NCBI RefSeq assembly: GCF_041146345.1
Contig: NW_027191404.1
Coordinates: forward strand, 558,001-622,000
DNA length: 64,000 nucleotides
From: Neodothiora populina
Taxonomy: Eukaryota
Direction of reading: 5' to 3'
Shown here: positions 22,301 through 33,251 of the stretch, in pieces
Position numbering within the stretch: position 1 is the stretch's first letter
Layout of the letters: each line of letters starts with the position of its first letter
The notes under the pieces: generated by a model
What the model saw: the letters and a program-made list of their open reading frames with translations, nothing else
Told to the model about the DNA's origin: nothing
Databases searched by the model: none
Made by a program: the position numbers and the translations under genes

Positions 22301-24165
22301 GTCTGTGCGGAGGAAGTCTTCAGGTATGGCGTCCTCAGTGCTCATCTTGGGCAGACGCGCTTCATCACGCTTAGCAAAAGCCTTGCGCATGGCGCCTGCC
22401 GTGTAGCCCCACACCCAAGGACCTGGCATCCACGTTGCTTGAAAGTACGACTTGTCTTGCCAGCGGATCAGATAGGCTTTGTTGTCCTCATCCACCATCT
22501 CGAAGCTGTATCGAGGGTCGTAGCTGTCTTCGTCGATTGGTTTCCAGGCCACAATGCCGGCGACTTTGGCGGGCACAGTGGCACACTCGAGGCACTGCCA
22601 ATCTTGACTGTATTCGCTGAAGCGTTGCGCGGCAGTATCTTCTCCATCTATGTCCATGATACTGCTTGACTTGGTGGCAAGTGTTCGAAGTGGAAACCCC
22701 TGAAACAGCCAGTACATCGGAACATGACATTCGCTGGATTGTCAATGAGGTTCGGATTCACTGAATAGATGGGGTCTTCGCCCCCGTTCTCGTCGCGGTC
22801 TTTCTGCTCCTGTGCCAAAGGCTTTCGTTCACGGAAAGGCGTGCATGATCGACCAGACTTCTTACAGTCGGAGCATTTACCTTGATCTGGGGCAGTGCTT
22901 TCTTTTTTCCGAACAGATGCAACACAACGTCGACATTGGAGCACGAAATCTTTGTGACCGACCTTGGTCACAATGTGTTCTCTGCTAGACCGGTGACTGA
23001 TACAGCTCTTGTGATAAGCAAAGGTACAGCCTTGGCAATAGATTAAGGGAGCAAAATTCGTGCCGTTTCCGCAGGTGTCGCATTGCTGCATATGTCGAGC
23101 GCGGAAGGGGTCTGAGCGAGGGAGTTCTTTGAAATACTCCTTTGCGCCTACGGGCTTAGGTGGCGCCGGACGAGACTCAGACTCGGGTCGGTAGATGTCA
23201 TTCACACCTGGATCCTGCATGTCCCCGTCATATCTAGTAGATCGGCCAGACTGGCGCACACCCTGGCGCTGAGCTTTACGTCTGGGAGCTCTATCCGTGT
23301 CACTGTCATCCTCGTCATCTAGGAATTGGGGCTCGGCATAGGAAGGCATTGAGGAGCGCTTGCGTTTCGTGCGAGGCAAGACGTCAGATTGCAGTACGAA
23401 GCCGTCGTCTTCGCTTGAGCTCATAGTCTCAACGACAGATCTCCGGCCCGATCTTCGTTGCATCGTTTCCCCGGCCGCGTTGGAGCGTAGTGCTCTATCG
23501 TTGTGATTGCGCTCAGGTCGGAGACTGCGCTTACTTTTGCGAAGGCGATGGGAGGACTGATCTTCATCGTCTTCAAGATAGTCAAGTGCTTCGGCTGTGT
23601 TTACATATGCGTGCTGGTTTGGACGGGGTCTAGATCGTGGCCCCAACTCATCACTTTCCCCGTCGTAGTCGTCGGCTGAGCTGACCTGTCCGTCGTTAAT
23701 GTAGAAGTTATTGAGCGCGCTTTGGCCATTTCTGCGTTGTTGAAGCTCGTTGTGTTGCACCTGCTCCTGGTGCCTATCTTCGAACTCGACAAGATAGACG
23801 AGAGCATCTCCAAAATCTCCAATATCAAGTTCTTTGATCACACGACGTACGACATCTCCACCTTCTGCACAATCAACATAATCGTCCGGGTCAAAGGTTG
23901 GGTCCGGTTCAACGACGACCTGTATGTCGAAACGTCGTGGTGCTGTGACTGGTGTTTCCGAAGCTACGGATGCTGATCTCGAATGTGAGTTGACGTGACT
24001 GGAGCGACTAGACACAGTGTTGACTGTCGACTGCCTGATGTGCCTGACCAGAGATTGTGTCACCGCTGGTGGTCGTGCGGGCTGATGGGCTGGTGCGTGT
24101 TGACGCGTCGCCCATTTGCTGATGTCGAGAACCTGCTCGTCATCGCCGGAGCCAGAGGAAGACAT
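19335..24165 (-). pseudogene. mit1: Mit1-type CHD/Mi-2 chromatin remodeler (PHD, chromo, SNF2 ATPase, C-terminal Zn motif). Disrupted as sequenced by a frameshift near 22650-22700 and a TAG at 20246-20248; intron 20215..20169
   Basis: CDTC..CQGC..YHKSC PHD; ILADEMGLGKT, DEGQRLK, LLTGTPLQNN, FLLSTRAGGVGINLATAD, QALSRAHRIGQ. The three ORF-track pieces are colinear parts of one protein. Family identity is confident; pseudogene status is not (assembly error or recoding possible). The extreme 3' end is uncertain. Confidence 0.7.
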
Positions 24166-24600
24166 GGCTGAATAGACGGTGGATTCTTGTACTGCGCCTC
24201 AATGCTGGAAGACGTGTACCAAAGGCAGATCGTTAACTCCGAGACGCGCCAATTGCTTACGAGCCGTGGAGACTATCAAGTCAAGATGTGGTGCTTGGAG
24301 AGAATTGAGGCCATAAGGCTGAGGGAGATCACGATAAGGACTGGCAACGCTTTAGTCCACACAGCAGACGTATATACAGGATGTACGATGGGAGTAGTGC
24401 AATCATAGATAAGGCAGGTACGGAGTACTGGAGGTGAAGGTGGAAGTGAACGACGCGACAGCGAGCCGCCAAGCACAAAAAGTCTCAGGGTCCTCTGATA
24501 TCAAGAAATACCTTCATACTGTTGTTTCTATACCTACATTACTGTACTTGCATATATTATACTGTGCATGATATTATACTTGTGGTTACTTCTCATTGCT

Positions 24601-26214
24601 ATGTTCACTAGTTCTTCTGCCTCTGTGCGGACATCGAGGTGTTTCTTTGCATGTAGACCGTTTCAACAGCCCACACGTGCTAAGTCCACGCTCTCGGCTG
24701 TAAATCGTGGTCTCGAGGGCGAAAACTGGGACAGACCTCGACGTTCTCCTCCTAGGCCATCAAGACGCGATGATGATTCTGACCATGAGTCCCGGTCTTA
24801 CGCACGCTCGAACGATAGAGAGTCTAGCAAAAGGGCGCCGACTTCCCGCAGCTTTGACAGGGACGCCGATAGGGGCAAGTCTTACGGCAATGGATGGGCG
24901 AGAGGCGATGGCAATAGAGGTATTGCTCAGAGACCGTATGAAGGATCTCATGGGAGGTCTGCGCCAAGTGACATGAGTCGAGGATCTCGGTCGGAGTCGT
25001 CTCGCACATTCGAGCGAAACACCGATCGAGCCACTTCCTACGGCAGGCGTTGGGCGAGGAGGGACGTCGATCAATCCGATCGTCAGAAATCGTATGGGAG
25101 GTCTGCACCATCTGATTCGACTCGAAGTGAAAGACCGCAGCTTTCAAAACCCAGAGAGCATTCCGCAGAGGATAACCACGTCTCAATACCTTACACAACC
25201 GCAGCCTCTCAGTTCATCTATGGACTCAATGTGATCATTGCAGCCTTGAAGTCCCGTCGTCGGACTCTACACACACTGTATTTACATCCTCGAGCTAAAG
25301 AACATGCTTCCCTCTTGGAGCAACTCGCGTCAAAAGCAGGCGTCAGAGTTCGTCGTATTGACAACAACTTCCTACCCGTCATGGACAGAATGACTGCGGA
25401 CAGGCCCCACAATGGTGTAATATTAGAAGCCTCGCCACTACCCATGCCATCTGTTGAAGAACTTGGCGAAGTCCAGCCATCCAACAGACAAATTCATCTC
25501 ACACTTTCGCAAAAGCAGACCGCTGAAGAGCGGGCGTTATACGGGACATCTCAAATCCTCCCTGCGCCACATGAATCGTGGCGCCATCCTTTCGTACTCC
25601 TGGTAGATGGTGTCCTTGATCCTGGAAATCTGGGCAACATTCTGCGCTCAGCCTATTTCTTTGGTGTTGACGCTGTCGCCATATGCGTGAACACATGCGC
25701 TCCTCTTTCTTCACCGACGCTACACAAAGCTGCATCTGGCGCCACGGAGGCGCTCAACATCCTTGCAATCCAGCGCCCGGCAGACTTTGTGGTAGCCAGC
25801 TCACGCAACGGCTGGCGGATTCACGCAGCCGTTGCCCCGGAAGGCGACAAAACGGAGCTCTCGCGCCCTCAAATGATCAGTCAGAAGATGACAAGCCCAC
25901 TTGCAAGAGGACCTAGTATCTTGATGATGGGAGCGGAAGGCGAAGGACTACGAAAGAACTTGAGAAGCAAAGCACGGTCGAATGTGATCATTGCCGGTCG
26001 GCAAAGGCATTCCATAGGGGACATTGGGGTTGACAGTCTGAATGTCAGTGCCGCCACGGCGGTATTGCTTGCAGATTTCATGACCAACCCTGGCGAAGGA
26101 TGGAACAGGTGGTCGAGTGCCCGGCCCACGAAACCTGAGCCCGAGGGTACGATGCTTTCGGATGAGAAATCAGAGAAGATGAATCTACCCGAAGAAGCTG
26201 AGAAACTATTCTAG
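24601..26214 (+). CDS. MRM1: Mitochondrial rRNA 2'-O-methyltransferase (SpoU/TrmH family)
   Basis: IPYTTAASQFIYG, RPHNGVILEAS, LVDGVLDPGNLGNILRSAYFFG, MGAEGEGL, VDSLNVSAA. Confidence 0.92.
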   Translation: MFTSSSASVRTSRCFFACRPFQQPTRAKSTLSAVNRGLEGENWDRPRRSPPRPSRRDDDSDHESRSYARSNDRESSKRAPTSRSFDRDADRGKSYGNGWARGDGNRGIAQRPYEGSHGRSAPSDMSRGSRSESSRTFERNTDRATSYGRRWARRDVDQSDRQKSYGRSAPSDSTRSERPQLSKPREHSAEDNHVSIPYTTAASQFIYGLNVIIAALKSRRRTLHTLYLHPRAKEHASLLEQLASKAGVRVRRIDNNFLPVMDRMTADRPHNGVILEASPLPMPSVEELGEVQPSNRQIHLTLSQKQTAEERALYGTSQILPAPHESWRHPFVLLVDGVLDPGNLGNILRSAYFFGVDAVAICVNTCAPLSSPTLHKAASGATEALNILAIQRPADFVVASSRNGWRIHAAVAPEGDKTELSRPQMISQKMTSPLARGPSILMMGAEGEGLRKNLRSKARSNVIIAGRQRHSIGDIGVDSLNVSAATAVLLADFMTNPGEGWNRWSSARPTKPEPEGTMLSDEKSEKMNLPEEAEKLF

Positions 26215-26977
26215 TCGATATCTCGCTGTTTGAGTGGGGGCCGTACGTGTACATATCCAATCCATAATGATACCTTACTCTTAACAGTCAATCTACCACG
26301 CAGCGTTACCTGAGTACCTAGCTACAGTATGTGAAAGGCCTCGAGAAGAAGCGCAGTGACCTTTTGTCTTATATTGCCATACGCGGTGCGCGGTTAGATC
26401 CGCAGATAAGATTAGAGGACGCTAGTCTCCACAAACGGTCTAAAGTCAAGATCCAACCAAGTCCCTCAAACCACTCCTCCAAGAGCCCCTCAATACCAGG
26501 ACTTCTCAAACCCACCACAAAATGAGTACTACACATCCTTCAGAAACCCTACGTAAACTCTGCTTTGTGTATTTGAAACCAGAGGTAAGACTTATCGTTC
26601 ATGCGTTAACGTTCCTCTATAATAATCTCGATTAAGCGTTGTTCAATGCAGAAGCCTTACAGACAGAAATAAACAGTGGCCTTCTGTCAATGACGGCTTG
26701 CATAGGAATTCCCGAGGCCTTACGGGCGTCTTAAATAAAGAGATAGGATTCTTAGATTAAAGACACGACTACGTCTATTTCGAACGCAAGACGCTACGAA
26801 AATAATATAGCATATAAGGATTTCCCGGATAACGACTACTCCTATGTGAAGCCTACGGCTTATATAACCGCTGAGCGACGCAAAGTGCACGACTTAGTCC
26901 GCATAAGCCAGATCATACTAGCTACAACCGCGGAAGTTCCAGCAGACTACTTCCTCCAAACTTCATCTGACAACCTA

Positions 26978-28296
26978 TTAAGCCGCCGTCATTCCTGACA
27001 TCCATTGAGAAAAGGCCACTGGATTCCTGGTTTGCATAAAGACAGTCCTGAAACCATCAGTACTCTTCGACAAAATTGTTCCGTAATACGCGGTTGCAAT
27101 ACTTACCCGGGACCCGTGAATTTGCAGACCAGGCCTTCACCTGCGCTAAAATTCGAGATGATGCCGCCACTTGCCACTCGCTCCATAATGTATGAGCAAT
27201 TCCATGCGACTAGGTGACCGTTGTCTATGATATACTTTTCGCCGTCTTGGAGCTATTTGTCGACAAGTCATGAATGTCAGCGCTTTACGTGCAATGTATC
27301 CTCACAGAGGAGACTGCCCAGATCGGATTCACGTACATCTTTCCTGATGATAGCACCAAGACTGCTAATCCACAAAAGTCCAGTGCCGGAGACCTTGTAT
27401 ACGAACAGACCCTCGCCGGAGAACATCGCTTTGCTGATGCTCTGGGCTTTGTAGTCCTTGATGACTCCTTGCGTGGAAGCAAGAAATCCATCTTTACTCA
27501 CACTCCATGACTGATTCCCGGTCAGGCGAATGTTAGTGATATCGCCCAAGTGTGGCGGTGCAAGTAACAATTCTCCAGGACCAGTGAAAGTGGACTGGCT
27601 CATATGGCCGCCGGCAATCATCTTCTTCAGCGAAAATTTCAGGCCCCCCAGCAATGTCATGGTCGGGCTCATGGCAATCATCACTCCCGGACGCGCGGAC
27701 AAAGGACAACCGATCGCCAACTGCAGCGTCAAAATTGTGTTGCTGTCCCTGTGACTCACGCGATAGGAACCTCCGTTAAAGGTGCCAACGTCGTCGATCG
27801 TCGCTCCTGCACCCACAAAATGAGATTGTGCAGGAGCCCCGCCAGGCATAGCATATGATTCATTAGTGTTCAAGGGAGGCTTTTCCGGAGCTGCAGCGGC
27901 TTGCTGAGGTGGACCAGAGAAGTAAGGCAGCGCAGATGCCTTGTCGGCTCGAGGAGAGGGTGATGATACTCGGCGAGCATGTCCGATATGTCCTGCAACT
28001 GGTGGAGGCGATGAAGGTGGAGACACAAAGTGGGCTTGCTCGTCTATAGGGGACGGTTGATACGAATAGCTATGGTCATCCGAAGGGGGAGGTGGAAAAT
28101 GCTCAGGTCTGTTCGAAGTCTGAGAAGGCGGTGCTTCTGTTCTAGCTGCTCAGTCATTATGATCATCGCACTTATCGTGGGGGCAGCCACTACCTGTTGG
28201 AGGTGCTTTTGCGCAGTGTCAGCCTGGACCACACCGAGTCATGCCATGCTCGGATCAATTCTTACGAGGAAAATATTGTCCTTGATTGAAACTCAT
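26978..28296 (-). CDS. AIM24/DUF124-family protein with Pro-rich N-terminus; exons 28296..28266, 28205..28194, 28136..27337, then two more ending at 26978
   Basis: [81 protein letters not shown] after splicing. Confidence 0.88.
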
Positions 28297-29540
28297 CGTG
28301 ACGTGGTGAGCACAGATGCAGCACGGTGCATGGGAGGCCTGATTTTATGATCTGCAGCCTCCGAGCTCTGAAGAGAGTACTTTCGTCGATCCTGAATATC
28401 ACCGCTGGGTCCTACGAGAAGCTGATTGTAACCACCACAATTCTGCGATTACAGGTATGACAGTGAGGAACTTTCGGAAGTTCGAGAAATGAGAAAAAGA
28501 TATTCATTCCGAGTCTTATTTGGTCCATAATGTATACTTACGGTCTATAGAGGTTCTGGTCAGCAGTAAAGTGATACTCACATGCTATTGGGTAGCTGCG
28601 CCCCGCAGCAGGCGCTTCCGTTAGCATCATGGGCGGTTACAGCATGGCAATCTCACTGGCATGCATTTCTGCGTGTCGCAGGAATATCGCCATAGAAGAC
28701 GTGTGACCACGGGCGTGTTGATCGTCTTCACATATGCCAGAATGGTCCAGCGCAGTTTGGACCAAAGGGGTCGCAGCTCTGACCGGTAACTTCGGTACCT
28801 TGAGACAAGACCATCGCATCATGTACTGATGTACGTGTTGCTATTTCACCTTTTTATATATGCTCAATTTCGCGTGGGGGATCTAGTGTTCTACCTTTGG
28901 AACAAGCCATCGGTGACTCATTCCAGCGTCCGCCAACCCCACGCCCCTACACCAGAGCCACGATCCCCTGATGCTTAGAAGTGGGCGGGCAGGATCAATT
29001 GAGTTGTACAAGTCAATCTCGGTTCCGCTTGTATATAGTATGAGTCAGCTCGGGGCTCGCGTTCAACCCCACCATCCGCTCAAATTGGCCAATGGGATGG
29101 ACGATCCAAAGGTCATACGAACGGCTGCACGCCAGCGGTGTCCCAATGCCGTCTAGCGTTCTCTACTCTATGCACTGCGGACCATGTTGCGGTCGCCGAG
29201 TTGAGCACAACGCGGATCGATACACTATTAAGATCTTTGATTTCCACTCCATGTCATACCATTGACTTTCTTTCTTTTCTATCCATAGCCAATCCATAGC
29301 CAGATAGGACAAGATATCTTTGCTGTCGTACAGTTCAGGAATTGCGTGCTGCTCAGAAGGCGCGATTCTGTCAACTCAAGCGACGCTCAGCTATACCAAC
29401 GCAACTGATCGTAACGAACTGATCATCACGATACCCTCATCATTATAGAGGTTCAACCGTAAACACTGACTTTACTAATTCCCGGTATTTTCATGCCCGA
29501 GAACAGCTTTGACATTTATCAATACTACTACATTTCAAAA

Positions 29541-32280
29541 ATGAGTTCCAATATGTCTTCCACGATGAGTTCTGCTCCTTCTTTCATGATCTACCGCGCA
29601 ACTTCTATGAACGGAGAAAGCTACGATCCTACTGCTTCCATTCAATTTTACCCTCCCAAGGATTCGGACGAGCTGTTTGATGCACTGAGAGCAGCTTACC
29701 CTCAATCCAAAACTCATGCCGACCGGATGAGGGATGCTGTCATTGACTTCCTCCTGAAAGAGCGCAACACTGAACAGCTTCAGAGCACGATGGCTTCTAC
29801 TCCATCCACGTGGTCCCAGCCATCTGCCACATGTTCATCTTCAACCCTCAGCAGTCCTGATCTGATTGACTTGGCCACTCCCGTCTCTTCTACATCTCCG
29901 CTGCCGGCAATGAGTCGACAACAGTCAAAGTCATCTACCGGTCAATCCGGAATGGAGCAGATGACTGGAGTCTTCAGCTTGTCAAACAATTCACAGTTGA
30001 AGACTCGCACCCGACGGAAGATGACCGAAACCGAGAAGGCCGAGTACCGTAAACGACGAATCGTCAAGGCCTGTGACAAGTGCAGCAAGCGAAAGCGCAA
30101 GTGCCAGCATAATCAGGAGAAGATGGAGACTCTTGCGTCCTCGGGCAAAGTCACCAAGAGAAAATCTTCATCGAATCAAGGGGCATCCTTTCGTCAGATC
30201 CAGCACGGCTCCGCTCCCACCTTTGTCACCAACGAACTCGATCCTTTGATGTCGTCTTTCCTTACTGATGACGCACTGTCGTTGCTCGAAGTCAACGCTG
30301 AACAAGCATCTACTATGGATTCGAATCTCGATCTTGTGGACTTCGACATCAATCCTCAAAACACACAAAATGGTGCCTGGCCTTGGAGCGAGACCGAGGA
30401 CTGGACCCTTATGGACGAGTACCCGTGGCCTTCTCCCGCACGCTCTGAGCCACTGTTTGGAGACCAGTCCCCACGCGATCTCGAACAAAAGCGAAATCTC
30501 CAAGGACAGGGACAAATCAGCGGCAGCACTGACTTCGCCTCAATGACTCCTCAGTCATCAAGTCAGGCCCTACAGAGTCGCCGTTTCCCAAGTCCAGGAC
30601 TTGAAGCATATTTCACTGTTCCGGGCAACTCGATGCTAGACAATGAGTCTCCAATGACTGCCGCCGGCTTTGATTTGAATGCATCCACAGGTGCGTTGCT
30701 ACCTGGTCGTAGCCGACGGCACTTGGGAGGATTCGACAGAAGCGCGTTCCTAGGTGAAGCTCAAAGTGGCGTCAGTGCACAAAATATAAACACGTCAAAT
30801 GTTCTACAGTCGCAGTCACTTGGACTCGAAGCGATTGCCCGGGATTCAACATCTGCTGGTCCGAGTCGAGGACCTCGGGAACCCAGCGCATCAAATACTA
30901 TGGCGAGGCAAGGCGCTTTCACAAATACCCAAGTCGTGGCTGCCTCTGGTCAAGTAAGCGCTGGTGGGTCCACACGTGGACCGCAAGACCAGTATGGCTT
31001 CGTGATCAGCGAATCAGATGCCAGAGTTCCCGGCCTGGCTAGCGTGACTTTCCACAATGAGGAGGGCGACATGGGCTCTGCCCAAGGCCACCGCGATGGC
31101 AATCAAGCTACTGGGAAAGGCAAACAAGTTACCCAGAGCTATAAGCGGCCTAGTAGTGCCACCCAAGCATACACCATCGGCTGGATTTGTCCACTACTAG
31201 TAGAGGAGTGTGCTGCTACTATAATACAAGCGGAGGCAGAAAATAGCTTTAGGACGCGTGAGTGGATGAGGTGTTTACAATGGGTCATGAGTCTAGACTG
31301 ACAATTTTACAGGATCGTTTGGTCAAACCGCTGTCCTGCAAAACGCAGTTTCCGCACCGCTAACATACCGTGCATCTGGAGAGAACACCCTCGCAGAGCG
31401 TGTACGATCCGCCGACATGAGATCCAGGAAAATCGCCCCCGTACCAATTGCTGTTGGCTCACGTCTTGCGGTCAATGCCAAACGACCAATGACAGCACCA
31501 TCGCAAGGACAGTCAACTGTTGCCGCATCGGCTTCTCACTCAGGAGTTCGCTCAGGAGTAGTCCCAAGCCCCCAGCCTTTCGTTCCACGAGAGATAACTG
31601 GAAGCCGCCCTGAATCTCATATGAGAGCAGGTCGTGCTCAAGCAGGCCTGCCATCGGCCTCGTACAGTGCACACGGTGGAGCGGATGGAAATGGAAATAT
31701 CACAATCGAAAGACCCAGCCTGCAAGGACAACTTCAATCCGCCCGCGCCACCGGCGTCACAAATGCGCCCGGCGTACTACGCCACAGCAACCTGACAAAC
31801 CACGATCGGGTAATGCAAGGCAGCAGTAGTCAAGTACAAGTACTTGGATCAGAACTGGTCTCACTACCCGCCCGGCCCAGGCGACCTCGTGAGATTTGTT
31901 CTAGCGGCCGGAACGCCGGCAGCAAATTCGCTCTTGTCGTCACCGCCGCGAGCGGCATCGCCCTGGCAGACCCAGGGGCGAATGCTTTGGCAGGAATGAC
32001 AAGAAGACAATTGCCCCTTGAGGGCTTGTCAAGCGAGGAAGTAGAAGCCCTAGCGAGATCTCTGACCAAGGCGTTGATCAAGGATGTCGCCGACAAGTGG
32101 CGCAGACGTGTAGATGTCGCGACAGCTGAGCGGGACGGCCAATTGACCACCGCCGGGACTTGTACTTCTGCTTCTGCCCCGCATACGATCCAAAGTCAGG
32201 TGCTCGGCTCTTATCGCGGCGACAATCTGAATGCCATGCGAGGACAGCAGATGGACAGGCTAATTCAAGAATGTGCTTAG
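29541..32280 (+). CDS. Putative transcription factor with partial Zn-cluster motif (C-x2-C-x6-C-x-H) and long low-complexity C-terminus; exons 29541..31257, 31313..32280
   Basis: RRKMTETEKAEYRKRRIVKACDKCSKRKRKCQHN at about 30010-30113. A GTGAGT..ACTGAC..CAG intron joins the 602-aa and 287-aa ORFs in frame. Alternative ATG at 29493. Confidence 0.7.
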
Positions 32281-33251
32281 AACAATGCATGTTCCCACCA
32301 TGAGGAAAGGGAGGACCAGGAAGGGGATGATGTCGACGATGATGACGAAGAAGACGATTGAGCTATACTCTCGTTTCTTATTGGTTTTACACTTTGAAGT
32401 GGGTAATAGTTCTATGGGAAAGAAAGGCACGACGAAGAGAATTCAAGTGAAAAGAAAGTCACTTGATGGAGATCACACGATACATAGCGAGCTAGAGATG
32501 GTTTGACAAGCATTTCTACTTTGCTATAGACATCGGAATCGAAAAGATAATCGCGTTCCATCAGTATTGCTTGCACAGAAGACAAGTGAACAGAGCAGAG
32601 GTCTCTCTTCGAAGCCAAGTGCGTCGAGTGCAGCCAGATCCGTAGCTAAGAGACCGCATGCAGATCGAAGAACATATGGTGGACAGGTGCCTGTACAGAG
32701 TGAATTTTCCCTACGGCAATAAGGTACATGACGGTACGGGACTCACGGACTACCAGCGAGTCAGTCAGACGTGCATGTCTTGGCAATGGGCGTCCGATGA
32801 GTCGAAGTGAGTAGAAGTGACGGGGGAGCGAAATCTTGGCATTCACAAGAGGATTTAATGCTTGTATCTGTGTTGAGTCACAACTACAGTAATGGTGGCT
32901 TGGTCTTGGTGCTGCAGTGAATAAGGCCAGGGTAAGGTAGTAATTACCTGTAGCTGTGGCGCGGGGCAGAAAGAACGTCAGCGAATCCAAAGTATGAGTA
33001 CTGTAACTGTGTGGCTGTCAGTGGCCGAAAGACAAGTGTGACTCAACCTCTGATTATTGCCGCCCCAACTGCACCTTTTCTTTTATAACGAGGAAAAGTT
33101 CCATTAAACGTACTGTAATACGCCGTGGAGCCAAGCATTTTGTTTGATACAAGAACAAAGACGCCCTCCACAACCACTTGGTATAATTAATTGCCTTGGA
33201 CATCCACAACTAATCAACGTCACGACATAAGTTTATACTAATCCATAAACC

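Noticed and set aside
22600..22672. An intron explaining the Mit1 frameshift
   Set aside because: Candidate donors (GTCAAG, GTATCA) are poor and no branch site is present. Phase-compatible acceptors give either an implausibly short (about 23-32 nt) intron or removal of the conserved-looking QRFSEYS.
26978..27020. Apparent frameshift in the last AIM24 exon
   Set aside because: Recounting shows four T's; the frame reads [12 protein letters not shown] normally.
20246..32280. Genome-wide TAG reassignment as the explanation for two read-through-looking TAGs
   Set aside because: TAG ends uL22, Cdt1, MRM1, TauD, MAPK and chitin synthase at plausible natural C-termini.
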